In this document: piece after piece, positions 6,328-14,022 of the stretch | Layout of the letters: each line of letters opens with the position of its first letter | Position numbering within the stretch: the first letter of the stretch is position 1 | Source of the DNA: Halorussus marinus | GTDB taxonomy: Archaea > Halobacteriota > Halobacteria > Halobacteriales > Haladaptataceae | NCBI RefSeq assembly: GCF_004765795.1 | Contig: NZ_SBIV01000012.1 | Span: forward strand, 54,464-74,463 | Direction of reading: 5' to 3' | Length of the DNA stretch: 20,000 nucleotides | Notes under the pieces: model-generated | What the model saw: only the letters and a program-made list of their open reading frames with translations | Databases searched by the model: none | What the model was told of the DNA's origin: nothing | Made by a program: the position numbers and the translations under genes

Positions 6328-9054
6328 TCACTCGGACGGAACGTCCACGCCCCTGAACTCGAACCGAGCGCCGCCGTCTGTCCCCTCGGCGAGCGAGTGC
6401 TCCCAGCCGTAGGTCTCGGCGAGCTGTGCGATGAACGTGAGCCCGAGCCCGATACCGTTGGCGTCGGTCGTGTACCCCGCCTCGAAGACGCTCTCACGTT
6501 CGCCCTCCGGGATTCCGGAGCCGTCGTCCTCGACGTAGAACCCCTCCGAGTCGGCGAGTTCGCCGACTCGAACTGTCAGCCCATCGGCGTCGGTCGGGGC
6601 GGTCTCGACGGCGTCCTCTGAGTCGCCCGGAGTCCGACGTACTGCATCAGACCGCGTCCGATGAACGTCGTCGGCCGCGGGCCGATTCTCCGTGTCGCCG
6701 TGCTCGAGGGCGTTCTGAAAGAGGTTCGACAGCAGATGGCGGAGGTGGTGGCGCTCGGCTCGCACCCGCAGGTCCGACGCGATCTCGAGCCGACTCGCGC
6801 CGACCGAGAGGTCCGACCACGCCTGGCTCGCCACCTCGCCGAGCGACACGGTCTCCGGATCGACGACCGACTCCCCGCCTCGGGTCATGATCAAGAGCAC
6901 GTCGATCATCTCCTCCATGCGGTCGAGGGCTTCTGCCACGTCGTCGAACGCCGATTCGTCGCCGTCTCGGGCCGCCTGGAGGTATATCTGGGCGATCGAG
7001 AGCGGGTTTCGGAACTCGTGGGCGACCATGCTGGCGAAACTCTCGAGGCGGGCGTTCTGCTGTTCGAGGCGCTGTTCGCGGCGCTTTCGCTCGGAGACGT
7101 CCCTGAAGTACACCGACAGACCGGTTTCGGAGGGGTAGACGTGAAACTCCAACCACGCGTCGAGCGGCTCGAAGAAGGCCTCGTCGGTCGTCTGGCGCTG
7201 GGTCTCGGCGGCGCGTCGAAACGCCTCGTCGCCCACCGACGACCGCAGTTCCGGGACGGCCTGCCAGACGACCCGGTCCCGAAGCTCGCGTTCGCTGGCC
7301 CCGAGCAGTCGCTCGGCCCGTTCGTTCACGTAGGTGACCCGCCACTCGTCGTCGAGCGCGAAGAAGCCGTCGTCGATGCGCTCGAACACCTCCTCAAGTT
7401 CGGCCTGTAGCTCGTCGCGCTGGCGCTCGATCTGTCGCTCGCGCTCGGCCCGATCGAGCGCGGTGTGGATGTTCGCGGTCAGTATCTTCGCGAGGTTGAG
7501 CTTCGACTCGGTGAGCCGCTCGCTCTCGGTCGACCCCGCCATGAACACCCCGTGGTCGCCCAGCGGGAGTATCATCTCGGTCTGGACCGGCGTCTCGGGG
7601 TTGTAAGCGCCCGTCTGATCGCCGACATCCTCGTAGAGGCGCGGGCTCCCCTCGCGGTACACCTCCCAGATCAGCCCTTCGCCCTCCTCGAAGCTCGGAA
7701 TGTCGTCGAACAGCCGCTCGGCCGCGTCGGCGATTGCGACCGGACGGAGTTCAGTTCCGCCGTCATCGAGCAGGTGAATTCCGCTGATCGGCAGTCCGAG
7801 CACGTTCTGGGCGGTCTCGACGGCGAGCCCGCAGATCTCGGCTCTGGTCCCGGCCGCCATCAGGTCGCGGGTGACCTCCCGGAGCGCTTCGAGGGTCTCC
7901 TCGCGCTGTTTGCGCGCGGTGACGTCGCGAAACACCGCCTGATTGAGCGTTCGGTCGCCGATTTCCGTCACGCCCGCGCTGATCTCGACCGGGATCTCGC
8001 GGCCGTCGTCGCGGACGACGTAGAAGCCGTCGTCGACCCGGGAAGCGCCGCCGGCGTCGACGTGCGATTCGAACAGCTGTCGGTACCGCTCGCGCTCGGA
8101 CGCCGGATGCAACTCCGTCTGGTGCATCCCGACGATCTCCGTCTGGGGCTTGCCGAGTAGCTCCGCGGCGGCCTCGTTCGTATCGAGTATCCGGCCGGTC
8201 TCGGCATCGACGATGAAGACGGCGTCGGGTGCGGTCTCGACGAGTCGGCGGTACTTCTCCCGCGAGGCCGCGAGTTGGGTCGCCCGTCGGCGCCGCCGGG
8301 TCACGTCGCGGCCGATGCCGGCGATCGCGGCGGAGCCGCCGTCGGCGGGTTCGAGTAGCGCCCCGGAGAACTCGTAGGGGAGTTCGCGGCCGTCCGTGGT
8401 TCGGAGTGGGACCTCGATCCGGGCGCTCCCCTGCGAGCGGACGCGCTCGATGGCGTCGACGACGCGGTCGGCGTGGTCGGGCGGGATGAGGTCGGCCGGG
8501 TGGTAGCCGGCGAGTTCCGCCTCGCCGTACCCGAGCACGTCGCTGGCTCGCTCGTTCCACTGTAGTAGCTCTCCCGACGCGTCCAGCGTGAAGAACACGT
8601 CCGGACACGGGTCGGCCGAGTCGTCGGTGGCTCCGATCTCGGGATGGGTCGCGCCGAGACGACCCGCGCCCGGGCGCTCGGCCCGGTAGCGGGCGGCCGC
8701 GGTCTCGATGCGCCGGACCGCCAGTTCGGGGCGATAGGTTTCGGCTCGCGTGTCGACGTAGTCGGTGGCCTCCCTGGCGAGCACCGCCGCCGCCAGCTCC
8801 GGGTCGGCAGTCTCGTCGAGCACGACGAACGGGAGGGCCGGCGAGCGATCTCGGACCGCGTCCAGGAGCGTGACGACGTCACCGCCCGAGCGATCGGCCG
8901 TGGCGACGACACACGACGTCGGCGTCCGTTCGAGCGTCTCGGGCAGTTGGTCGGCGCTCGTGACCCGAACGGGGTCGAGCGCCGCGTCGGCCCCGAGTGC
9001 TCGCGGGATCGGCGACTCCCCGCCGACGTACAGTGTGTGGTAGTGATCAGACAT
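6328..9054 (-). CDS. Sensor histidine kinase: degenerate REC, PAS, PAS, GAF, PAS, HisKA, HATPase_c
   Basis: PAS starts PDVFFTLD..WNE, PDAVFIVD..TNE and DDGFFALD..VNE; H-box AHEFRNPL; N-box NLFQNALEHG; G1 EDDGSGI; F-box VFEAGYTT; G2 GIGLGL. Start taken as ATG 9054; GTG 9093 is an alternative. Confidence 0.92.
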   Translation of the reverse strand: MSDHYHTLYVGGESPIPRALGADAALDPVRVTSADQLPETLERTPTSCVVATADRSGGDVVTLLDAVRDRSPALPFVVLDETADPELAAAVLAREATDYVDTRAETYRPELAVRRIETAAARYRAERPGAGRLGATHPEIGATDDSADPCPDVFFTLDASGELLQWNERASDVLGYGEAELAGYHPADLIPPDHADRVVDAIERVRSQGSARIEVPLRTTDGRELPYEFSGALLEPADGGSAAIAGIGRDVTRRRRRATQLAASREKYRRLVETAPDAVFIVDAETGRILDTNEAAAELLGKPQTEIVGMHQTELHPASERERYRQLFESHVDAGGASRVDDGFYVVRDDGREIPVEISAGVTEIGDRTLNQAVFRDVTARKQREETLEALREVTRDLMAAGTRAEICGLAVETAQNVLGLPISGIHLLDDGGTELRPVAIADAAERLFDDIPSFEEGEGLIWEVYREGSPRLYEDVGDQTGAYNPETPVQTEMILPLGDHGVFMAGSTESERLTESKLNLAKILTANIHTALDRAERERQIERQRDELQAELEEVFERIDDGFFALDDEWRVTYVNERAERLLGASERELRDRVVWQAVPELRSSVGDEAFRRAAETQRQTTDEAFFEPLDAWLEFHVYPSETGLSVYFRDVSERKRREQRLEQQNARLESFASMVAHEFRNPLSIAQIYLQAARDGDESAFDDVAEALDRMEEMIDVLLIMTRGGESVVDPETVSLGEVASQAWSDLSVGASRLEIASDLRVRAERHHLRHLLSNLFQNALEHGDTENRPAADDVHRTRSDAVRRTPGDSEDAVETAPTDADGLTVRVGELADSEGFYVEDDGSGIPEGERESVFEAGYTTDANGIGLGLTFIAQLAETYGWEHSLAEGTDGGARFEFRGVDVPSE
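6619..6690 (-). repeat. Three degenerate 24-nt palindromic units inserted in frame in the HATPase domain
   Basis: GAGAATCGGCCCGCGGCCGACGAC / GTTCATCGGACGCGGTCTGATGCA / GTACGTCGGACTCCGGGCGACTCA, with 3-nt loops centred at 6678, 6654 and 6630. Confidence 0.6.
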
Positions 9055-9215
9055 CCTCTCGTGGCCGCAGACCGAGCGGTCGTTGGCTGGCACACCTGTT
9101 AGGCCGGTAGCGACTAAAAGCCCGTTGGGAGCCCCGCCCGGAGCCGTCCCCGGACGCGACCGCTCCCGAGGTCGGTCCGAGCGTTTAAGTGCGATCCGGC
9201 GGCCAACTCGCCGCG

Positions 9216-10457
9216 ATGGAAGCGATCGGCCCCCACCTCGCGGTCGACCCCGCGTCGACGGCGGCGACGCTCGCGTTCGTGCTCGGGGGCGTCGCCCTTG
9301 GAGCGACCAGCGGGCTGATCCCGGGACTGCACGTCAACAACCTCGCGTTGATGTTGGCGTCGGTCGCGCCTGCGGTCCCGGGCCCGCCGCGGCTGGTCGG
9401 CGCCGCGATGCTCTCGGCCGGCGTGGTCCACTCGTTTCTGGACGCGGTGCCCGCGCTCGCGCTCGGCGTACCCGACCCCGCGATGGCCGCCACCGCGCTC
9501 CCGGGCCACCGTCTGGTCGTCGCCGGACGCGGCCGGGAGGCGGTCAGGCTCTCGGCGCTCGGGAGCGGGCTGGCGGTCGCCTTCGCGGTCCCGCTCGCGG
9601 TCCCGGTCACCAAGACGATGACGGTCGCGTACCCGACCGTTCGGGCCCACCTCCCGCTCGTCCTCGGGGGCGTCACCGTCGCCCTGTTGGCGACCGAGCG
9701 GTCCGTCCGCGCCGTCGGCGGCGGCGCGGCGGGATTCCTCGGGAGCGCCGCGTTGGGCCACGCGACCCTCGATCTCTCGCCGGCCGCGCCCCTCGACGCC
9801 GGCGGGATGCTCACGCCGCTGTTCGCGGGGCTGTTCGGCGCGCCGATCCTGCTCGAAGCCATGTCCGGCGCCGGCGTGCCCGAGCAGGGCGATCCGACGA
9901 TCGCCGTCTCGCGTCGAGCGGTCGCCCGAACCGCACTCGCGGGCGCGCTCGCCGGCGCCGTGGTCGGCTACCTGCCGGGCGTCTCGTCGGCCATCGCGGC
10001 GGTGTTCGCGCTCGCGCTCGTGCCCGGATCGACCGACGCACGGGGGTTCGTCGTCGCGACCAGCGGCGTCAACACGGCCAACACCGTCTTCGCGCTTTTC
10101 GCGCTGGCGGCGCTCGGGGCGCCCCGGACGGGCGTGATGGTCGCGCTTCGAGAGGCCGGCGCGCCCGTCGACCTCCCGCTTTTGGTCGCCGCGGCGGGGC
10201 TCGCGGGGATCGCCGGCTTCGCGCTCGTTCTCCTCGTCGGCGATCGATATCTCCTCGCGGTCGGGGCCGTCGACAACGTCCGGCTCTCGGTGGGCGTGCT
10301 CGTCCTGTTGGTCGGGGTTAGCTGGCTGTTCGCCGGCGGGGTCGGTGTCGGAGTCTTCGTGGTCGCGACGCTCGTCGGCCTCGTGCCGGCCCGGTACGGA
10401 GCGCGCCGCGTCCACCTGATGGGGGTGTTGCTCGGGCCGCTAATCGCGGGCGCGTGA
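9216..10457 (+). CDS. Tripartite tricarboxylate transporter permease (TctA/DUF112-like)
   Basis: Very hydrophobic with about 11-12 TM segments; GLIPGLHVN and GYLPGVSSA repeated motifs; ALPGHRL. ATG 9216 lies about 27 nt after TTTAAG (9184-9189). Confidence 0.85.
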   Translation: MEAIGPHLAVDPASTAATLAFVLGGVALGATSGLIPGLHVNNLALMLASVAPAVPGPPRLVGAAMLSAGVVHSFLDAVPALALGVPDPAMAATALPGHRLVVAGRGREAVRLSALGSGLAVAFAVPLAVPVTKTMTVAYPTVRAHLPLVLGGVTVALLATERSVRAVGGGAAGFLGSAALGHATLDLSPAAPLDAGGMLTPLFAGLFGAPILLEAMSGAGVPEQGDPTIAVSRRAVARTALAGALAGAVVGYLPGVSSAIAAVFALALVPGSTDARGFVVATSGVNTANTVFALFALAALGAPRTGVMVALREAGAPVDLPLLVAAAGLAGIAGFALVLLVGDRYLLAVGAVDNVRLSVGVLVLLVGVSWLFAGGVGVGVFVVATLVGLVPARYGARRVHLMGVLLGPLIAGA

Positions 10458-10940
10458 GTCTTCGAGTATCCGCTTAGTCCGACGGTGGCGGTCCCGGAAC
10501 ATCGGCTCGAACCCGATCCAGCCGAGCGGTCCGAGCAGGTCGCCCACGACCGGCAGTTCGTACTCGACGCGGTCGCGAACGAGCGTGGCGTCCTCGGAGA
10601 GGGCGTAGAACTGGTGGGTGTGGCGCCACGTCGGGAAGGGACCGCCGTCCATCACGTCCTCGAAGACGGCGGTCCCATCTCCGCGCTCGCGGCGCGTGAT
10701 CCGCGAGCGCCACCGCTGTCGGGGGCCGACCCCGAACGGCCGAAGCGACATGTGGATCTCCGAGCCGACGTCGAGCACCTCGTCGTCGGCGTCGTCAGCG
10801 CCGTCGGGGCCCGAGACACGCTCGACCCGGAGGTTCATCCAGTCGGGGGTGAGAGCCCGCAGGCCGTCGATTCGGGAGTGGAACGCCCAGACCTCGTCGA
10901 GGGGAGCGTCGACGCGGACTTCGCGTCGGTACGTAGCCAT
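10440..10940 (-). CDS. SRPBCC (START-like/cyclase) family protein, 166 aa
   Basis: MATYRREVRVDAPLDEVWAFHS..GLRALTP..GPFPTWRHTHQF..RDRVEY. TTTTAT box (10964-10969) supports a start at 10940. The 3' end overlaps the tctA-like gene by 18 nt. Confidence 0.88.
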   Translation of the reverse strand: MATYRREVRVDAPLDEVWAFHSRIDGLRALTPDWMNLRVERVSGPDGADDADDEVLDVGSEIHMSLRPFGVGPRQRWRSRITRRERGDGTAVFEDVMDGGPFPTWRHTHQFYALSEDATLVRDRVEYELPVVGDLLGPLGWIGFEPMFRDRHRRTKRILEDSRARD

Positions 10941-11035
10941 GTCGAACAGTAGTAACAGCGCCGATAAAACTCCGGCGGCGAGCGCCCGGCGTCGCCTTCG
11001 AGGGTTTATAGTCACCCGACGCCTGAGGGACGAAC

Positions 11036-12193
11036 ATGGTTTCGGAGCGCGCGAACCGAACGACCCCGTTCGCCGCGATGGACGTGCTCGAACGGGCCAA
11101 CCGGATGGACGACGTGATTCACCTCGAAGTCGGCGAGCCCGACTTCGAGACGCCGACGGCGGCAACCGAGGCGGCGATCGCGGCGCTCCGCGCCGGCGAG
11201 ACCGGCTACACCTCCTCGAAGGGCAAGCCCGAACTCCGGCGCGCGATCGCGGCCTACTACGATCGCCGGTACGGAGTCGACGTCGACCCCGAGCGGATCA
11301 TCGTCACTTCCGGGTCCTCGCCCGCGCTGTTGCTCGCGTTCTCGGCGCTGGTCGACCCCGGCGACGAGGTGGTCCTCACCGACCCCCACTACGCGTGTTA
11401 TCCCAACTTCGTCCGCCAGACCGGCGGCCGGATCGCGACCGTCCCGCTGTCGGCCGACGACGGGTTCCGTCCGCGCGTGTCCGCGTTCGAACGGGTTCTC
11501 TCCCCGGAGACGGAGGCGCTCTTGGTGAACTCGCCGGCGAACCCGACGGGTGCGGTGCTCGACGGCGATACCCTCGGCGAGCTGGTCGAGTTGGCCGACC
11601 GTGCCGGCGCGACCGTGATCTCCGACGAGGTGTACCACGGACTGACCTACGAGGGCGAGGACCACACCGTGCTGGAGTACACCGACGACGCCTTCGTGCT
11701 CGACGGCTTCTCGAAGCGGTTCTCGATGACTGGGTGGCGGCTCGGCTGGATGGTCGCCCCGCCCGACTACGTCGACCACGTCAACCGCATCGCCCAGAAC
11801 ACGCTCATCTGTGCGCCCAACTTCGTCCAGTCGGCGGGCGTGGCCGCCCTCGAATCCGGCGACGACTTCCTCGCCGGAGTCAGAGACACCTACCGCGAGC
11901 GCCGGGACTTCCTCGTCGACGCGGTCGAAGACTGGGGGATGAGCATGGGCTACACGCCCGGCGGGGCGTACTACCTCCTCGCGGACGTGAGCGATCTCCC
12001 GGGCGACGCGTTCGACGCCGCGGACTTCTTCCTCGAAGAGGCCGGCGTGGCGATGACCCCCGGACCCGACTTCGGCTCGAACGCGGAGAACTGCCTGCGG
12101 GTGTCGTACGCCAACAGCGCCGAGAAGCTCGCGGAAGCATCGGACCGCATCCAGCGCGCGCTGACGACCGTCGAAACCCCCGCCCTCGACTGA
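11036..12193 (+). CDS. Class I/II PLP-dependent aminotransferase (aspartate transaminase, AspB3-like)
   Basis: GEPDF, NSPANPTG, DEVY, and GFSKRFSMTGWRLG with the PLP lysine; TTTATA at 11005-11010. Confidence 0.95.
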   Translation: MVSERANRTTPFAAMDVLERANRMDDVIHLEVGEPDFETPTAATEAAIAALRAGETGYTSSKGKPELRRAIAAYYDRRYGVDVDPERIIVTSGSSPALLLAFSALVDPGDEVVLTDPHYACYPNFVRQTGGRIATVPLSADDGFRPRVSAFERVLSPETEALLVNSPANPTGAVLDGDTLGELVELADRAGATVISDEVYHGLTYEGEDHTVLEYTDDAFVLDGFSKRFSMTGWRLGWMVAPPDYVDHVNRIAQNTLICAPNFVQSAGVAALESGDDFLAGVRDTYRERRDFLVDAVEDWGMSMGYTPGGAYYLLADVSDLPGDAFDAADFFLEEAGVAMTPGPDFGSNAENCLRVSYANSAEKLAEASDRIQRALTTVETPALD

Positions 12194-12622
12194 CTACTTG
12201 AGTCGCTCCTGCAGGAACGAGGGGTGGGCGGCGGTCACGCCTTCGATCTCCAGGATCTCGTCGCGGATGACGTCGCCGACCGCGTCGCCGTCCTCGGCGC
12301 GGACCTCCGCCATCAGCATGTGGTCGCCGCTGGAGGTGTAAAGCGTCTCGATCTCTTCGAGGTTCTTGAGCGCGCGGGTGGCCTCGACGTACTCGTCGCT
12401 CGCGACGTCCATCCCGACCATCGCGATGCTCTGACTGGAGAGCTTCTTCGGGTCAATCTCGGCCGAATACCCCACGATGACCCCCTCGTCTTCGAGCTTG
12501 TCGATGTACTTGCGGACCGTGGGTTTCGAGACGTTCGCCCGGTCGGCGATCTCGGCGTAGGACGCCTGAGCGTCCTCTTCGAGGACCGCGAGAATCCGGT
12601 CCTGGGTGGATTGGGTGCTCAT
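12194..12622 (-). CDS. lrpA1: Lrp/AsnC-family regulator LrpA1, 142 aa
   Basis: RILAVLEEDAQASYAEIA..VSKPTVRKYI..LEDEGVIVGYS HTH plus RAM domain; convergent with the aminotransferase as known for Halobacterium lrpA1/aspB3. Start corrected to ATG 12622. Confidence 0.9.
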   Translation of the reverse strand: MSTQSTQDRILAVLEEDAQASYAEIADRANVSKPTVRKYIDKLEDEGVIVGYSAEIDPKKLSSQSIAMVGMDVASDEYVEATRALKNLEEIETLYTSSGDHMLMAEVRAEDGDAVGDVIRDEILEIEGVTAAHPSFLQERLK

Positions 12623-12629
12623 TACCAGA

Positions 12630-12670
12630 GTATTTCCGATACAGGAAAAAATACCTTCCGAACCGGAAAA
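12630..12670. promoter_or_regulatory. lrpA1 promoter with tandem inverted repeats (candidate operator sites)
   Basis: TTTCC-N6-GGAAA (12633-12648) and TTCCG-N3-CGGAA (12656-12668) flank the minus-strand TATTTTTT box. Confidence 0.55.
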
Positions 12671-12819
12671 TGGTTTCCTTTCGGACCGAACCGCCTCGAA
12701 GCCGGGGCCGAATCGGGCCGACGGGGTCGGCATCGAGCACTCGACCGGTTCTCGGGGCGAGTCCGCAGACGCCCGACGGCCGTCCGCCTCTTAGGTCCGA
12801 ACGGCGTAGCGGTCGGTCC

Positions 12820-13029
12820 ATGGCACGACGAACCTCTCGCCGACGCGTGCTCACAGCGACAGTGACCCTCTCGGCCGCCGGGTTAGCTGGCTGTGGGATG
12901 CCCGGCGGCGACGGGGAGGACGAGGAGAACGGAGACGAAGAGGAGGACGAGGAGAACGGAGACGAAGAGAACGGAGACGAAGAGGAGAGCGACGCACGCT
13001 CGCCGCCCTCGCTCGGGCGCGACGACTGA
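12820..13029 (+). CDS. Small (69 aa) Tat-exported lipoprotein with acidic repeat body
   Basis: MARRTSRRRVL-hydrophobic-LAGC lipobox, then GMPGGDG and (E/D)-ENGDE repeats; TATA-like CTTAGG at 12790-12795. Confidence 0.75.
   Translation: MARRTSRRRVLTATVTLSAAGLAGCGMPGGDGEDEENGDEEEDEENGDEENGDEEESDARSPPSLGRDD
12916..12981 (+). repeat. Coding tandem repeat
   Basis: 27-nt GAGGACGAGGAGAACGGAGACGAAGAG twice (12916-12969); 15-nt core GAGAACGGAGACGAA three times (12925, 12952, 12967). Confidence 0.9.
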
Positions 13030-13057
13030 GGCCGGGGCTACGGTCGGCGAGCGCGCC

Positions 13058-13065
13058 AAAAAGAA
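13058..13065 (-). terminator. Oligo-T terminator of porAB
   Basis: TTCTTTTT on the minus strand about 20 nt after the porB stop. Confidence 0.65.
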
Positions 13066-13084
13066 TCGCGAACGCGAGCCGGCG

Positions 13085-14020
13085 TTACTTGTGACGGTCG
13101 AGCAGGTCGTAGCTGCGCTCCCACTCGTAGTCGTCGTCGAAGTACCGCTCGGCCAGCGGCTCCTCGGGCATGTCGCCCGTGGCCTGCTTTTCGGCCTGGT
13201 ACGACGGCCGGTCCTCGTCGACGTAGAAGCGACCAGTGAGGACCTCGCCCTCGTAGAGAGCGTCCTCTGCCTCGTGCATCATCTCGGACGCCTCGCGGCG
13301 GTCGTGGATGTCGAAGTCGTAGTCGTCGCTGTCCTGGATGTCGATGTACGGGACGTACTGCTTGGCGTCCTTGTTCCAGGTCGGACACTGCGTGAGGAAG
13401 TCGACGTGCGCGAACCCGTCGTGTTCCATCGCCTCCGTGAGGATCTCTTTGGCCTGATTCGGGTTGACTGCCGCCGTCCGGGCGACGTACGACGCCCCGG
13501 AGGTGAGCCCGAGCGACAGGGGTCGAATCGGGCTCTTGGCGCTCCCGTGGGGCTGGGTCTTCGACTTGTGGCCCTTCGGGCTGGTCGGGGACGTCTGGCC
13601 CTTCGTGAGCCCGAAGATCTCGTTGTCGAAGACGATGTAGGTCATGTCGTGGTTCTCGCGGGCGGTGTGCATGAAGTGGTTCCCGCCGATGCCGTAGCCG
13701 TCGCCGTCCCCGCCGGCCGCGATGACCTCGAGGTCGGGGTTCGCCATCTTCGCGGCGCGGGCCACGGGGAGCGAGCGGCCGTGGATCGAGTGGAAGCCGT
13801 AGCTACGGAAGTAACTCGACAGCTTGCCCGAACAGCCTATCCCGGTCACCAGCAGGGTCTCCTCGGGCGTGCGCCCGACCTGGGGCATCGCCTGTTTCAG
13901 CGCCTTCAGGACGCCGAAGTCGCCACAGCCCGGACACCACGTCGCCTGCGGTTCGATCTCCGGGGTGAACTCGTCTCGGTCGATCTCTCGGTCCTCGCCG
14001 ATTGCGTTGAATGCACTCAT
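13085..14020 (-). CDS. porB: Pyruvate:ferredoxin oxidoreductase beta subunit (TPP-binding)
   Basis: TWCPGCGD, GIGCS, GGDGDG...DN..FGLTKGQ.SPT, CPTW; SD GGGTGA at the end of porA. The por versus kor assignment is from recalled haloarchaeal N-termini and lrpA1 linkage. Confidence 0.9.
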   Translation of the reverse strand: MSAFNAIGEDREIDRDEFTPEIEPQATWCPGCGDFGVLKALKQAMPQVGRTPEETLLVTGIGCSGKLSSYFRSYGFHSIHGRSLPVARAAKMANPDLEVIAAGGDGDGYGIGGNHFMHTARENHDMTYIVFDNEIFGLTKGQTSPTSPKGHKSKTQPHGSAKSPIRPLSLGLTSGASYVARTAAVNPNQAKEILTEAMEHDGFAHVDFLTQCPTWNKDAKQYVPYIDIQDSDDYDFDIHDRREASEMMHEAEDALYEGEVLTGRFYVDEDRPSYQAEKQATGDMPEEPLAERYFDDDYEWERSYDLLDRHK

Positions 14021-14022
14021 GA

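Noticed and set aside
9083..12201. ORFs 9083-10321, 9114-10415 and 10618-12201
   Set aside because: Overlap well-supported tctA-like, SRPBCC and aminotransferase genes in other frames.
12916..12981. Repeats considered as a mini-CRISPR array
   Set aside because: Contiguous in-frame coding repeats with no spacers, leader or cas genes.
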